Under the pieces are notes generated by a model. It was not told the DNA's origin. It saw nothing but the letters and a program-made list of their open reading frames with translations, and made no database searches. From Candidatus Micrarchaeota archaeon (GTDB lineage: Archaea > Micrarchaeota > Micrarchaeia > Anstonellales > Bilamarchaeaceae), in contig JBDRLQ010000007.1 of assembly GCA_043812915.1 (NCBI GenBank), positions 1 through 64,000 of the forward strand: a DNA stretch of 64,000 bases, written 5' to 3'. Shown here piece by piece: positions 25,922 through 35,834 of the stretch. Each line of letters starts with the position of its first letter. Within the stretch, counting starts at the first letter, position 1. Position numbers and translations under genes: made by a program.

Positions 25922-27145
25922 TCATTCATCTCCTGCACTCGCGCTGAACCAGTCAATCAGGTCCCCTTCATCATTTATCACAGAAACAAGCATCTTATCC
26001 CCGTCGATTTCCATCCTCGAGAAATGGTAATCCTCGGCAGCCGCGACTACGAACGGGTAGTTATGGTCCGGGAGGTAGAGTGGAGCGCCGCCCCCTCCGA
26101 GCGTGAGATACTGTATGCCGTCCACCTCCGCCCTTGCGTAATAATGGTTGTGCCCCTGCACAACTACCTTCACGCCATTCTCCAGGAAAACAGGGTGCAG
26201 GTCCTGCTGCACCACCTCGTTGTCATCATGCGGATACACATTCGGGCCCGGAATACCGTATGCGCTGTATCCTGGCTGGTGGAACATCACAACCTTCCAG
26301 GGTCTGTCCGTCCCCCGAATGTCATCAACAATCCAGTCGTACTGCGCGCTGCCGTTGGAATAGTTTGCCGTGTACTGGTCAATCACAGTGACATGCAGGG
26401 GGCCGTAATCGAAAGAATAGTAGAAATGCCCCTCCTCCGCAAAAAGCGGGTTCGGCCAGTATTTCCGGAATAACATTCCCTCATCAGGGACATCAGCGAC
26501 ATACTCCCCGTTGTCGAAGTTCTCATGGTCGCCGATTGCCCCCATCATGGGCATCACCGAAAGGAATTCTTGGATATTCGGCCGCTTCCTGCTGAAGAAT
26601 TCGTCATCCCAGTGCGCCTCGTCCAGGCCGAAGGTGACATAGTCGCCCGCATGCAAGGCGATGGTCTGCCTCCTGCCCTGATCCTGCATCATGTCGGCTA
26701 GCAGCTGTCCAAGGACCGCATCCTGCGCGCCGGGATTTGTCCTGGTGTCCCCGTATGCGTAGAATGTGAGCGAATCCGCATCATCTGCCGGTGCGGTCCT
26801 GAAGGACGATTCGTACTCCTGCCCGTCAATTGTAATCCTGTAGTTTATCTTCCTGTCCGGCCCGAGGCCGGTTATCTTGTGCTGGAACTGGTGCCCGTCA
26901 CTTCCGCTTCCATACTCCGAGAGCTCGGTCTTCCCAAGCTCGAAGTAGCCGCCCTCGCCCCATTCCAGGACCGCGCTCCCGGGCGTCCCATGAGTCTGGA
27001 ACAGCACAATCATCGATGACTGGTCGCCAGGGTAAATCAGGTACGGGCCTTTCCTCAGGGCATCCTGCGCTGCATCTCCTTCCGTGCACCCGAAAAGGAA
27101 AAGTGAAATAGCAAGCAGCCCGATAATCATCGGCTTGGTCTTCAT
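25922..27145 (-). CDS. Purple-acid-phosphatase-like metallophosphoesterase lipoprotein
   Basis: LFGC lipobox, FN3-like N-domain, YGD, AGDY, GDHE, FH, GHNH motifs. Confidence 0.9.
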   Translation of the reverse strand: MKTKPMIIGLLAISLFLFGCTEGDAAQDALRKGPYLIYPGDQSSMIVLFQTHGTPGSAVLEWGEGGYFELGKTELSEYGSGSDGHQFQHKITGLGPDRKINYRITIDGQEYESSFRTAPADDADSLTFYAYGDTRTNPGAQDAVLGQLLADMMQDQGRRQTIALHAGDYVTFGLDEAHWDDEFFSRKRPNIQEFLSVMPMMGAIGDHENFDNGEYVADVPDEGMLFRKYWPNPLFAEEGHFYYSFDYGPLHVTVIDQYTANYSNGSAQYDWIVDDIRGTDRPWKVVMFHQPGYSAYGIPGPNVYPHDDNEVVQQDLHPVFLENGVKVVVQGHNHYYARAEVDGIQYLTLGGGGAPLYLPDHNYPFVVAAAEDYHFSRMEIDGDKMLVSVINDEGDLIDWFSASAGDE

Positions 27146-27224
27146 GGACTTTCTATGCAATCGCAGAATAATAAATGTTTTGAGCACAGTCGCCCTATAA
27201 AGCTTTTAAACTTTTAACTTTTCT

Positions 27225-30200
27225 ATGCTCCCCATGAGGAGTCTCCCGTTTTTGGCGCTCGCCCTTGCTCTGCTCATGGCGCTTTCTGGATGCATGGATG
27301 TCTGCCCGGAATCCTGCGATGATTACAACCCATGCACCGACGATTTCTGTTCCTCAAGGACAAATTACCATTGCGCGCACATGCGCCTTGACGGGGCCCA
27401 GGGCAGCTGCTTCGGGTCGGTCCCGGGCGAGCAGTGCCAGAGGTACTCCTGCGTGGCCGGGAGCTGCATGATACAGGAGCAGCTCGGATGCGTGCCTGAC
27501 AATGGCGACGATGACGATGGCAGCACAACCGTAACAGGCGAGGCCGACTGGACCTTCATAGTCTATCTGGACGCGGACAACAACCTGGAGAGCGCGGGCC
27601 TTATAGACTTCAATGAGATGGAGGCCGCCGGCTCCACTGATGATGTGAACATTCTCGTGCAGATGGACCGGATTGAGGAATCCGATTATTATCTTGGCTA
27701 TGATTCCTCAAACGGCGACTGGGCTGATGCAAGGCGTTTCTACATAGTGCAGGACACCGACATGGATAGGATGAGGAAGAGCGAGCTTGAGGCCCTTGGA
27801 GAAGTGAACATGGGGGCTGGGGCGACGCTCAAGGAATTCCTGCTCTGGGCGGTTGAGGAATACCCCGCCAAGCACTACGCGGTCATCATCTGGGACCATG
27901 GCGCAGGATGGGACTATTCCGCATCTGGATATGAGGAATACGGCATGGTGGCCTTCGATGACACGAGCGGGGGAGATGGGATAACCCTTGCCGAGCTCGG
28001 CTCCGCTCTATCCGCAATGAAGGATAAGATTGGCAGGAAAATCGACATCATCGGCTTCGACGCCTGCCTCAATGGAATGCATGAGATTGATTATGAGATT
28101 GCCGATTATGCCCACATAAGAATCGCCTCGGAGGAACTTGTCCCCGGCGATGGATGGGATTACAGGAATTCGCTTTCCGCCCTTGTGGTCAATCCTGGAA
28201 TGAGCCGGGAGGAGTTGGCGACAACGATAGTTACCGATTTCGAGAGGTTCTATGTGCTTAGCGGCGAGGATGAGATGATTACCCTTTCCGCGGTGGACCT
28301 GGGCAAGGTTGGAACCCTCAGCAGCGCGATAGACGAGTTCTCCGCAACCATCGCAGGGCGCATGAGCGGTCAGACCGCGACCGAAGTCGGAAGGGCAAGG
28401 GCTTATGTAGAGGAATACGGGAATGACGAATACGGGTTCATAGACATAACCGACTTTGCGAAAATCATGCATGATGTCACCCAAGATCCGGACATAAAGG
28501 CCTCGGCAAAGAAGGTGGTCGAGGCGCATGATGATTCCATAATCGCCGAAATCCACGGGAATGGCCGCTCGCACTCATACGGGCGTTCGATATATTTCCC
28601 CAGGACAAGCTCGGTTTATGTCTCCAACTACAGGACCGACTCAAGGTTCTCGACAGAGACTGCCTGGGATGCGTTCCTGCGCTCATATTATACCGGCCAG
28701 ACCGCGGACCTGAGCGCGCCGACTGTCAGGGGAATGTCAGCCAGCTCGGACACTGTCAGCGCGGAGAGCCCGATGGAGATCACTGCGACAGTATCCGGAA
28801 ACCAGATTGCTGATGTTCAGCTTGAGGTGTACATGGAAGGAGACCCTGAATACGGGGACTACATCGTGCTGCTCAACTACCTTCCGTATTCATCCCCCAG
28901 CTTCATGCTTGGGGATGGGAGCACGATACCGTTCTGGCTTGACGGGGACAACCCGCTTGAGATAAAATGGAACGGATACGGAATCGCGGTGGAGGATGAC
29001 GAGGGATATCTATTCATCCCGCTCGAGCCGGTCGAGAGGGGGAGCCAGTACTATTTCATCTCAGGTGAGTACACCCAGAAGGGGGCGATCAGCCCTGTCT
29101 ATGCATCCCTCGTGTTCGATTTCGATACTGGGGCGCTTGAATATGTCTGGGACCATGAGAACGTGATGGAGCTGCAGCCGAACAAGGGCGACAGGTTCTC
29201 AGCATATATATACATAATAGACTTTGATGAGGATGATGAGTACTATGTCCCCTGGACAGAGCTTATCTACGGGGAGACCGGCTTCAACCTGGGGTACTAT
29301 CCCCTGCCCGCGGGCGGGTATTACCTGAACCTCGTCGCCGAGGACATCGCGGGCAACACCCAGTCTGATTCCATATACATCACTGTCGGCGACTACGTGG
29401 AGACCGGATACGAGTGCTATGACGGGACTATTGACGGTTACTGCTCTTACATCTCTCCTGGCTACTATTGTGAGGCTGGGGAACTGGCTTATGATGAGTT
29501 CTGCCTTGAGAGCCTCACATGCATGGACGGCACGCCGGACGGCTTCTGCTCATTCGACTATGACGGATACATGTGCACTGGCGGAACGCTTGAGTACAGC
29601 TCAGAATGCCTTGACTCGAACTTCTGCTATGACGGGACTCCAATCGGGGAGTGCTCATACTTCTACAATGGATATCTCTGCGCTGATGGGGATTTCGTCC
29701 TGGACGAGGCGTGCTATGATGAGTTCTACACCGATGAATGCTCGGACGGCACAATGAACGGGTTCTGCTCCAATGAGAATCCGGGCTACTACTGTTTCTT
29801 CGGCGAGCTTCTGGATGATCCTGAATGCGTCGGAAGCTGCCCTGACGGGACTCCGAATGAGTACTGTTCCTTCACGATGGAAGGATACTCCTGTTACGAT
29901 GGCGTGCTCAAGGCGGATGAATCCTGTGTTGAGAGTTATGGTTCGGAGACGGGATGCCAGGACGGCACGCAGCATGGATACTGCTCACTGCTCTATGACG
30001 GCTACTGGTGCAACAACGGCGAGCTTGAGTATGAAGACTCCTGTCTCGCAGGAGACTATGGCCTCGACTGCCCGGACGGCACTGAGCATGGGTACTGCTC
30101 GGATGCCAATCCCGGCTACGGATGCTGGGACGGATTCCTTGAGGAATACGCGGAGTGCGGGGCGGTTCTTGACTATGACTGCCCGGACGGCACGCTTAGC

Positions 30201-30602
30201 GGATACTGCTCGAATCCAAATCCGGGATATTACTGCTTCTATGGGGAGCTTATTGAGGATGAGGAATGCATCGGCAGCTGTGCCGATGGCACGCCCAACG
30301 GCTACTGCTCATATTCAAAGGATGCGTACGCCTGCTGGGATGGGCTGCTCAAGCCGGACGATTACTGCGCCAGCTCTTATGATGAGGATACGGACTGCCA
30401 GGACGGCACTGAGCACGGCTCCTGCTCGAACTCCAACCCTGGATACTTCTGCTGGTCTGGAGGGCTGCTTGAGGATGAGGAATGCATCGGCAGCTGCGAG
30501 GATGGGACACCCAACGGCTACTGCTCATATTCAAAGGATGCATACGCCTGCTGGGGCGGGGCGCTTGAGCCTGACGAGTATTGCACCGGGGCTTTCCAGT
30601 AG
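27225..30602 (+). CDS. Clostripain (peptidase C11) lipoprotein with Cys-rich C-terminal repeats
   Basis: LSGC lipobox; WTFIVYLDADNNLE, WDHGAGW (catalytic His), GFDAC (catalytic Cys), ASEE.VPG.GW. Confidence 0.92.
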   Translation: MLPMRSLPFLALALALLMALSGCMDVCPESCDDYNPCTDDFCSSRTNYHCAHMRLDGAQGSCFGSVPGEQCQRYSCVAGSCMIQEQLGCVPDNGDDDDGSTTVTGEADWTFIVYLDADNNLESAGLIDFNEMEAAGSTDDVNILVQMDRIEESDYYLGYDSSNGDWADARRFYIVQDTDMDRMRKSELEALGEVNMGAGATLKEFLLWAVEEYPAKHYAVIIWDHGAGWDYSASGYEEYGMVAFDDTSGGDGITLAELGSALSAMKDKIGRKIDIIGFDACLNGMHEIDYEIADYAHIRIASEELVPGDGWDYRNSLSALVVNPGMSREELATTIVTDFERFYVLSGEDEMITLSAVDLGKVGTLSSAIDEFSATIAGRMSGQTATEVGRARAYVEEYGNDEYGFIDITDFAKIMHDVTQDPDIKASAKKVVEAHDDSIIAEIHGNGRSHSYGRSIYFPRTSSVYVSNYRTDSRFSTETAWDAFLRSYYTGQTADLSAPTVRGMSASSDTVSAESPMEITATVSGNQIADVQLEVYMEGDPEYGDYIVLLNYLPYSSPSFMLGDGSTIPFWLDGDNPLEIKWNGYGIAVEDDEGYLFIPLEPVERGSQYYFISGEYTQKGAISPVYASLVFDFDTGALEYVWDHENVMELQPNKGDRFSAYIYIIDFDEDDEYYVPWTELIYGETGFNLGYYPLPAGGYYLNLVAEDIAGNTQSDSIYITVGDYVETGYECYDGTIDGYCSYISPGYYCEAGELAYDEFCLESLTCMDGTPDGFCSFDYDGYMCTGGTLEYSSECLDSNFCYDGTPIGECSYFYNGYLCADGDFVLDEACYDEFYTDECSDGTMNGFCSNENPGYYCFFGELLDDPECVGSCPDGTPNEYCSFTMEGYSCYDGVLKADESCVESYGSETGCQDGTQHGYCSLLYDGYWCNNGELEYEDSCLAGDYGLDCPDGTEHGYCSDANPGYGCWDGFLEEYAECGAVLDYDCPDGTLSGYCSNPNPGYYCFYGELIEDEECIGSCADGTPNGYCSYSKDAYACWDGLLKPDDYCASSYDEDTDCQDGTEHGSCSNSNPGYFCWSGGLLEDEECIGSCEDGTPNGYCSYSKDAYACWGGALEPDEYCTGAFQ
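29415..30590 (+). repeat. 11 tandem coding repeats CxDGTxxxxCS..YxC..GxL....C
   Basis: 11 CxDGT units counted; near-identical DNA at about 30255-30340 and 30471-30556. Confidence 0.9.
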
Positions 30603-30651
30603 CCCCACAATATTAAATGGTTACGGAACACGTAGTTGAAAAGGTGAAATT

Positions 30652-30807
30652 ATGTCTTTGGTTGAATTCGATGAATATAAGGGGAACAAGCTGATTGTTC
30701 TGAAAAGGGACGAGAATGACCAGTACGCCTTCAAGTTCGGGAAGGGAAAGGCAAAGCTGATTGTGGAGAACTTCGAGGCAATCAAGAAATTCGCGGAAGA
30801 GGAGTAA
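30652..30807 (+). CDS. 51-aa small protein, PC4/Whirly-like pattern (not in ORF track)
   Basis: [60 protein letters not shown]; ends 2 nt before parvulin. Confidence 0.8.
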   Translation: MSLVEFDEYKGNKLIVLKRDENDQYAFKFGKGKAKLIVENFEAIKKFAEEE

Positions 30808-30809
30808 TC

Positions 30810-31085
30810 ATGAAAATCAGGGCAAGCCACATACTAGTCTCCACCCGCGAGGCGGCCAACAAGATTAGCCACGAGCTGAAATCTGGCAAGGATTTTGGTG
30901 AAATTGCGAAAAAGAATTCCTTATGTCCGAGCAGGGAAGCCGGAGGAGACCTCGGTTTCTTCGGAAAGGGGCAGATGGTCAAGGAATTCGAGGATGCCGC
31001 ATTCGCGCTCAAAGTCGGTGAGATATCGGGGCCTGTGCAGACCGAGTTCGGCTACCACATAATAAAGGTAACTGAAAAGAAATAG
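30810..31085 (+). CDS. ppiC: Parvulin-type peptidyl-prolyl isomerase
   Basis: [33 protein letters not shown]. Confidence 0.95.
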   Translation: MKIRASHILVSTREAANKISHELKSGKDFGEIAKKNSLCPSREAGGDLGFFGKGQMVKEFEDAAFALKVGEISGPVQTEFGYHIIKVTEKK

Positions 31086-31088
31086 CTG

Positions 31089-32348
31089 CTATCTGTCCCG
31101 CGGCTTCCGGCCCCTGCGGTCGGAAGGCCTTCTGCTTCCGCCGCCGCGGGAATCCCGGTTTCCGCGCCTTTCATTTCTTCCGGAATCCCTTCCACCGCTT
31201 CTTCCATACGGAGGCCCGCGCCTTTGGTATGATTTCCTCAATGTGTCCATGTCCAGCCCGCCCTTCATCCATGCGAAATCGGGATGCTGCTCACTATATC
31301 TCTCATCAAGGCTCTCTTTCCTCTCTGTGAATGTTATCGCCTTTCCCTCTGCGCCCATCCTTCCGGTCCTTCCGACCCTGTGGAGGTGCGTGTCCTCATC
31401 GCCCGCCTTGTCGTAGTTGACAATAAGGCCCACATCATCTATGTGGAGCCCCCTTGCCGCGACATCCGTGGCAACGAGAATCCTGAGTTCACCCTCCTTG
31501 AAATTCTTGAGCACCCTTTCCCTGGCAGCCTGGGACATGTCTCCCTGCAGGCTGTCCGCCTTCATTCCCCTCTCGCGGAGCCTGCCGGCGAGCTTGTCGG
31601 CAAATATCTTCGTTGAAGTGAAAATGATTATCTTGCTCTCGGAATGATTCTGGAGGATTTCCTTGAGCTTGGCGAACTTTTCCATCCTTGTGGCCTCCAC
31701 CATCTCTTCTTCGATTTCAGGAGGCTTCTCCTTCTCCCCCACCTCGACAATCTTGGGCTTTCCCATATACCTGGAAGCTGCCCTCATGATTTCCTGGTCA
31801 AGCGTGGCCGAAAGGAGTAGCACTGTGCGCTCTTTGGGGATTTTGTCCATGACGCGGTCCATCTCGTCCCGGAATCCCATGTCAAGCATGCGGTCCGCCT
31901 CATCAAGCACAACTACATCAAATTCGGAGAGGTCCACTGTCCTCCTCTCCATGTGGTCAAGCAGTCTCCCTGGGGTCGCGACAAGTATGTCCACGCCCTT
32001 CTTAATCGCGCTTATCTGGGGGTTGATGCTGTAGCCCCCATAGACCTCGACGGTTCTTAGCGGGTAGTTGCTGGCTATCTTCTTGAGTTCCTTTGCCACC
32101 TGGACAACGAGTTCCCTGGTCGGCGCCAGCACCAGCGCCTTGTGGGCCGTTCCGCCCATGATGCGCTCCACAATTCCGATTCCGAACGCGGCGGTCTTGC
32201 CAGTTCCGGTCTTGCTTCTGGCAACGACATTGCTGCCGTCAATTATCAGCGGTATCACTTTCTCCTGCACGTCTGTGGGGACATCGTATCCCATCTTTTC
32301 AAGGGCAGCAATGGTCTGCTCCCTCAGATTCATCTCATCGAATCTCAT
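31089..32348 (-). CDS. DEAD-box RNA helicase
   Basis: TGTGKT, PTREL, TPGRL, DEAD, SAT, ARGL, HRVGRTGR; RG-rich tail. Confidence 0.96.
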   Translation of the reverse strand: MRFDEMNLREQTIAALEKMGYDVPTDVQEKVIPLIIDGSNVVARSKTGTGKTAAFGIGIVERIMGGTAHKALVLAPTRELVVQVAKELKKIASNYPLRTVEVYGGYSINPQISAIKKGVDILVATPGRLLDHMERRTVDLSEFDVVVLDEADRMLDMGFRDEMDRVMDKIPKERTVLLLSATLDQEIMRAASRYMGKPKIVEVGEKEKPPEIEEEMVEATRMEKFAKLKEILQNHSESKIIIFTSTKIFADKLAGRLRERGMKADSLQGDMSQAARERVLKNFKEGELRILVATDVAARGLHIDDVGLIVNYDKAGDEDTHLHRVGRTGRMGAEGKAITFTERKESLDERYSEQHPDFAWMKGGLDMDTLRKSYQRRGPPYGRSGGRDSGRNERRGNRDSRGGGSRRPSDRRGRKPRDR

Positions 32349-32622
32349 ATTTTCAACTCTGGAATTCAGAAATATTATACAGAATTAAACTGTCTAACAT
32401 TAATTATACTTTACTATAACATTATTCATATTTAAACATATGTATATTCCTGATTATTTCATTTTTCTCTGCAATGACATGCCCCACAACATTTTTTAAA
32501 GTTCACAAAAAAGCATGCCCGGGGAATCCCGGCTTGCGAATCATTATATACTGCCTCTGCCCCCCATTACAATACTTGGGAACCGGCATGGACAAGGAAA
32601 ACAAAATGGATCGGGTGCGCGG

Positions 32623-33033
32623 ATGCAGGAAATCGGACAGATACTTGAAGAGGCGGAAGTGATTGCGGTGGTCGGCCTTTCTGACAATCCCGATAGACCG
32701 AGCTTCCAGGTGGCAAGCTATCTCCTTGGGCATGGCTACAAGATAATCCCGGTCAATCCGAGCATAGCGGAATGGCGCGGGATAAAATCATATCCATCCC
32801 TTCTTGAGATAACAGAGAAAATCGACATAGTCGATATCTTCCGCAGGAGCGAGCATATGCCTGAAATCGTGGAGCAGGCAATCAGGATAAATGCGAAAAC
32901 AGTGTGGATGCAGCTTGGCCTTGTGAATGCCGAAGCCGCCAAGAAAGCGGAAGAGGCTGGCCTCAATGTTGTGATGGACAAGTGCATGAAGATTGAGCAT
33001 TCAGCAAGGCTCAGCACGCACGGTGGATTCTGA
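32623..33033 (+). CDS. CoA-binding protein (YccU family)
   Basis: IAVVGLS, PVNP, DIVDIFR, VWMQLG, VVMDKC. Confidence 0.92.
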   Translation: MQEIGQILEEAEVIAVVGLSDNPDRPSFQVASYLLGHGYKIIPVNPSIAEWRGIKSYPSLLEITEKIDIVDIFRRSEHMPEIVEQAIRINAKTVWMQLGLVNAEAAKKAEEAGLNVVMDKCMKIEHSARLSTHGGF

Positions 33034-33081
33034 AAACCCAACAACAAGGGTTATATTCCCTTTTTCCTTTACTAGTCCTTT

Positions 33082-33906
33082 ATGACAAAGACAATATTAT
33101 TGCTATTGGTATTCGGGCTCCTGTTCTTCGGATGCACAGCGCCTCCGGAGACCTCGGCGCCTGAACAGGTGGAAGCTCCAGCCGGGCCAGGGTCACCGCA
33201 TCCTGAGCCTGGAGTCTCACCGGAACCGGAGCCTGAAACTGCTCCTGAGCCTGAGGTGCCCCCAGAAGCGCCTGAGGATGGCACGCTCATCCCAGCTCAT
33301 CCCCAAGGAACGCAGGTCCTGATGACTGGCCGTTCTGTGGCCTACTACTGGACTGAATACATGGGCCTTGAGTGGACTTGCGATGACGAGGAGTGCGCAA
33401 CAGGCAGCCCGAGGGGCAACTATGATGACTATTATTTCATCTACTACGAGCTTGAGTATCCCCCGGATATCGCAAGGTCCGCCGCTGACGCGGTCGACAT
33501 GTACGGCGGCGATGCAGAAGTGGTCTTCTTCAAGTTCTGCTTCGTTGATTTCGCGGCTGACGACTCCCTTCAGAACGCATATGACAATGAGGGGCTGATA
33601 GAGGATGTCTACCAGTATGTTGTAGTTGAGCGGGGCAAGAAGCTCATAATAGGGAACGCTTTGCCCCAGGTCCGGGCGCACACCGAGCCCGCTTTGGTCG
33701 CCAACCACCGGGAATTCAACGCATGGCTTGACAATTTCGCGGCGACGCACGGCAATGTGCAGGTTCTTGACCTGAATGGCATGCTCACGGACAGCTCAGG
33801 AAACCTGATGAGCGAGTATGCGGTTTCGGCTGATGACTCGCACCTGAACAGCAACGGCTACGCGAGAATCACTCCGGAATTCCTTGAGCTTATCGAGAGC
33901 GCTTAA
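33082..33906 (+). CDS. Lipoprotein with SGNH-like domain
   Basis: LFFGC lipobox, PE-rich linker, GRSV, FKFCFVD, DDSHLN..GY. Confidence 0.8.
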   Translation: MTKTILLLLVFGLLFFGCTAPPETSAPEQVEAPAGPGSPHPEPGVSPEPEPETAPEPEVPPEAPEDGTLIPAHPQGTQVLMTGRSVAYYWTEYMGLEWTCDDEECATGSPRGNYDDYYFIYYELEYPPDIARSAADAVDMYGGDAEVVFFKFCFVDFAADDSLQNAYDNEGLIEDVYQYVVVERGKKLIIGNALPQVRAHTEPALVANHREFNAWLDNFAATHGNVQVLDLNGMLTDSSGNLMSEYAVSADDSHLNSNGYARITPEFLELIESA

Positions 33907-33944
33907 GCTCTCCCCTCTACTTTTCTTTTGACTCGGGCACAAAC

Positions 33945-34115
33945 CTATTCTTCTTCAAGGAAACATGCGTTTATTATAGTCGCGCTGGCGGTCGGGCTAT
34001 AAACTACGACATTTCCCTCGAATATCATGTTGTAGACCTCATGGTCCCTTGGAATCTCATCCGCTTCTCCAGTTGCGAGATTGATTATCCGGATTACGCT
34101 GCTTCCCTGGGACAC
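33945..34115 (-). CDS. Possible 56-aa protein or frameshifted small gene
   Basis: GTG-start ORF VSQGSSVIRIINLATGE..FLEEE; the RBS-positioned ATG at 34123 is in another frame. Confidence 0.35.
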   Translation of the reverse strand: MSQGSSVIRIINLATGEADEIPRDHEVYNMIFEGNVVVYSPTASATIINACFLEEE

Positions 34116-34365
34116 GAAACCATCCTGTCACCAGAGAGGTCAAACCATGTGCGCCCTCAATCGGCTGCGAAACGACGGTTGAGGATATGTGTGGCGACTC
34201 AAATGTAATTAGTATTTTTTATATTTCAATCGCTCTTCTACTTTTGGCCGTAACTATGATTGCAGAAAAAATCGCAGAAAAAATAAGCAGTAATATCATC
34301 CCATATTGTGGCTTTTTTGAAACGCTGTTCCTGAAAAAAATCGAAGAATAAGAAAAAAGAAAAAA

Positions 34366-34707
34366 TTACTCCTGGTCTGTAGGAGTTTCGATGTCAAGCC
34401 CCTCGTCTTCCAGCGGCTGGTCCGTATCTATCTGGAAGAGATCCGCCAGCTTCTCCTCATCTGTTTCAGATGGGGGCAGCTCTACTGGTCCTGGCCCCTC
34501 AGGAACCGTCAGGTTTTCAGGCTCGGCTGGAGGCGCATCAGGCTCCGGAGTCTCCGGGACCGCGTCGGGCGCGGCTTCAGGAACTTCGCCAGCAGGGCCA
34601 AGCTCCCCTTCCGGAGACAAGGTGGTATCCGGCTCTGCCTTCTTGGCGCATCCAAAGAGCACCAGGGACATTCCCAGCACCAGCAAAAGCATCAGTTTCG
34701 TGTTCAT
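34366..34707 (-). CDS. Pro/Glu-rich lipoprotein
   Basis: VLFGC lipobox, low-complexity acidic body. Confidence 0.8.
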   Translation of the reverse strand: MNTKLMLLLVLGMSLVLFGCAKKAEPDTTLSPEGELGPAGEVPEAAPDAVPETPEPDAPPAEPENLTVPEGPGPVELPPSETDEEKLADLFQIDTDQPLEDEGLDIETPTDQE

Positions 34708-35624
34708 GAGAAAATCCCCCCAAGTATCTTCATTCTTATGCCGTTGAAGTCATCGAACAGGTCCAGGGAGTCTTCCCAGCACTCGAAGTTCTGCCCTCCG
34801 TATTCGCCAAGGTCATCAACTTCGGCGGAATACTCACAGTCTGCAAGACTATCCTCAATGTCGCCCTCAAGCTGGTCCATATCCTCGAGAACCTCCTCCT
34901 TGTTGGAGTTGCTGCTAGCCTCTATCATGGGCCTTGCGTAATCGATTGTCGAGAGCATCTTCTGCATCCTGAAAAGAAGAAGAATCCTGGAGTGGCGAAG
35001 GTACAGCGCCCTAATCTCACTTGTCTCCCCCGAGTCGAATGCCCGGTCGATGTCCGCCTCCAGTTCATCTCCGTATCCGATTACCTCTACCATGCCATCT
35101 GTGTTGGCCCCGAGCCTGTCGAGCTCGTCAACCTGGTCATTGGCATAGCGAATCTCATTCCCGACATACTTCTTGGAAGCGGTCCGCTCCTGCTCCATGG
35201 CATTATGCTTGCAGTCTTCCAGGTCATCCATGAGCGGCTTCTCATCATCCCTTACGCATGAGAAGAAATGCATGTTCTTGTGTCCGTCAAAGGCATCCCC
35301 CAGGAGCGCCCCAAGCAGGCGGACTGAGTGCCCACCGTACTGGAACATCGCAACGCCGAACTCGAACTGGTCATCTTCGTCAGCGGCTTCCTTCAGGTCA
35401 GCAAGGTCTTCCCTTATGTCTTCCATGTGCTCTGATGAGTCGAAGACGCTGGCGTTGTTCCTGTGCCCGCAGCCTTCCCTCATGGAGAGCCATTCCTCCG
35501 CATAGTCCACGTTGCATGCCGCGTATTGGTATCTGGCCTGCAGCATTTCGCCTGTTGCTTCATTGGTCCAGGCGAACGAGAAGGTCGACATCGCGACAAG
35601 CACGAATAGTATAACAAATTTCAT
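34704..35624 (-). CDS. Secreted acidic alpha-helical protein
   Basis: Signal peptide (TFSFA), helical heptads, paired Cys. Confidence 0.8.
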   Translation of the reverse strand: MKFVILFVLVAMSTFSFAWTNEATGEMLQARYQYAACNVDYAEEWLSMREGCGHRNNASVFDSSEHMEDIREDLADLKEAADEDDQFEFGVAMFQYGGHSVRLLGALLGDAFDGHKNMHFFSCVRDDEKPLMDDLEDCKHNAMEQERTASKKYVGNEIRYANDQVDELDRLGANTDGMVEVIGYGDELEADIDRAFDSGETSEIRALYLRHSRILLLFRMQKMLSTIDYARPMIEASSNSNKEEVLEDMDQLEGDIEDSLADCEYSAEVDDLGEYGGQNFECWEDSLDLFDDFNGIRMKILGGIFS

Positions 35625-35834
35625 AGGCTTACCTCGTTGGTGCTCTCCTAGGTGGGCTAAGCTTTATAAACTTTGCCTATTCACTTACCAGCCCAATAAC
35701 GTTTCAGTGGGATTATATATTTGAGGCGGAGGTTTGGGGGATTTGGCGCATCAGGCGCCAACCCCCACCCCATTATTCTTCTGCAATTCAACGATAGGCT
35801 TTTATTATTTCTAATTACTTTCATTCTGATTAGT

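Noticed and set aside
29415..30590. Repeats as a CRISPR array or DGR template/variable pair
   Set aside because: In-frame degenerate protein repeats; no spacers, cas genes or reverse transcriptase in the window
34115..34148. In-frame TGA codons upstream of the 56-aa ORF next to a hairpin, suggesting selenocysteine recoding
   Set aside because: No redox motif context, the hairpin is 5' of the ORF, and TGA is a normal stop in many genes here
34255..34365. GCAGAAAAAAT direct repeat and A tracts as an origin or iteron
   Set aside because: Only two short copies, no ORB G-string or cdc6; consistent with minus-strand oligo-T termination
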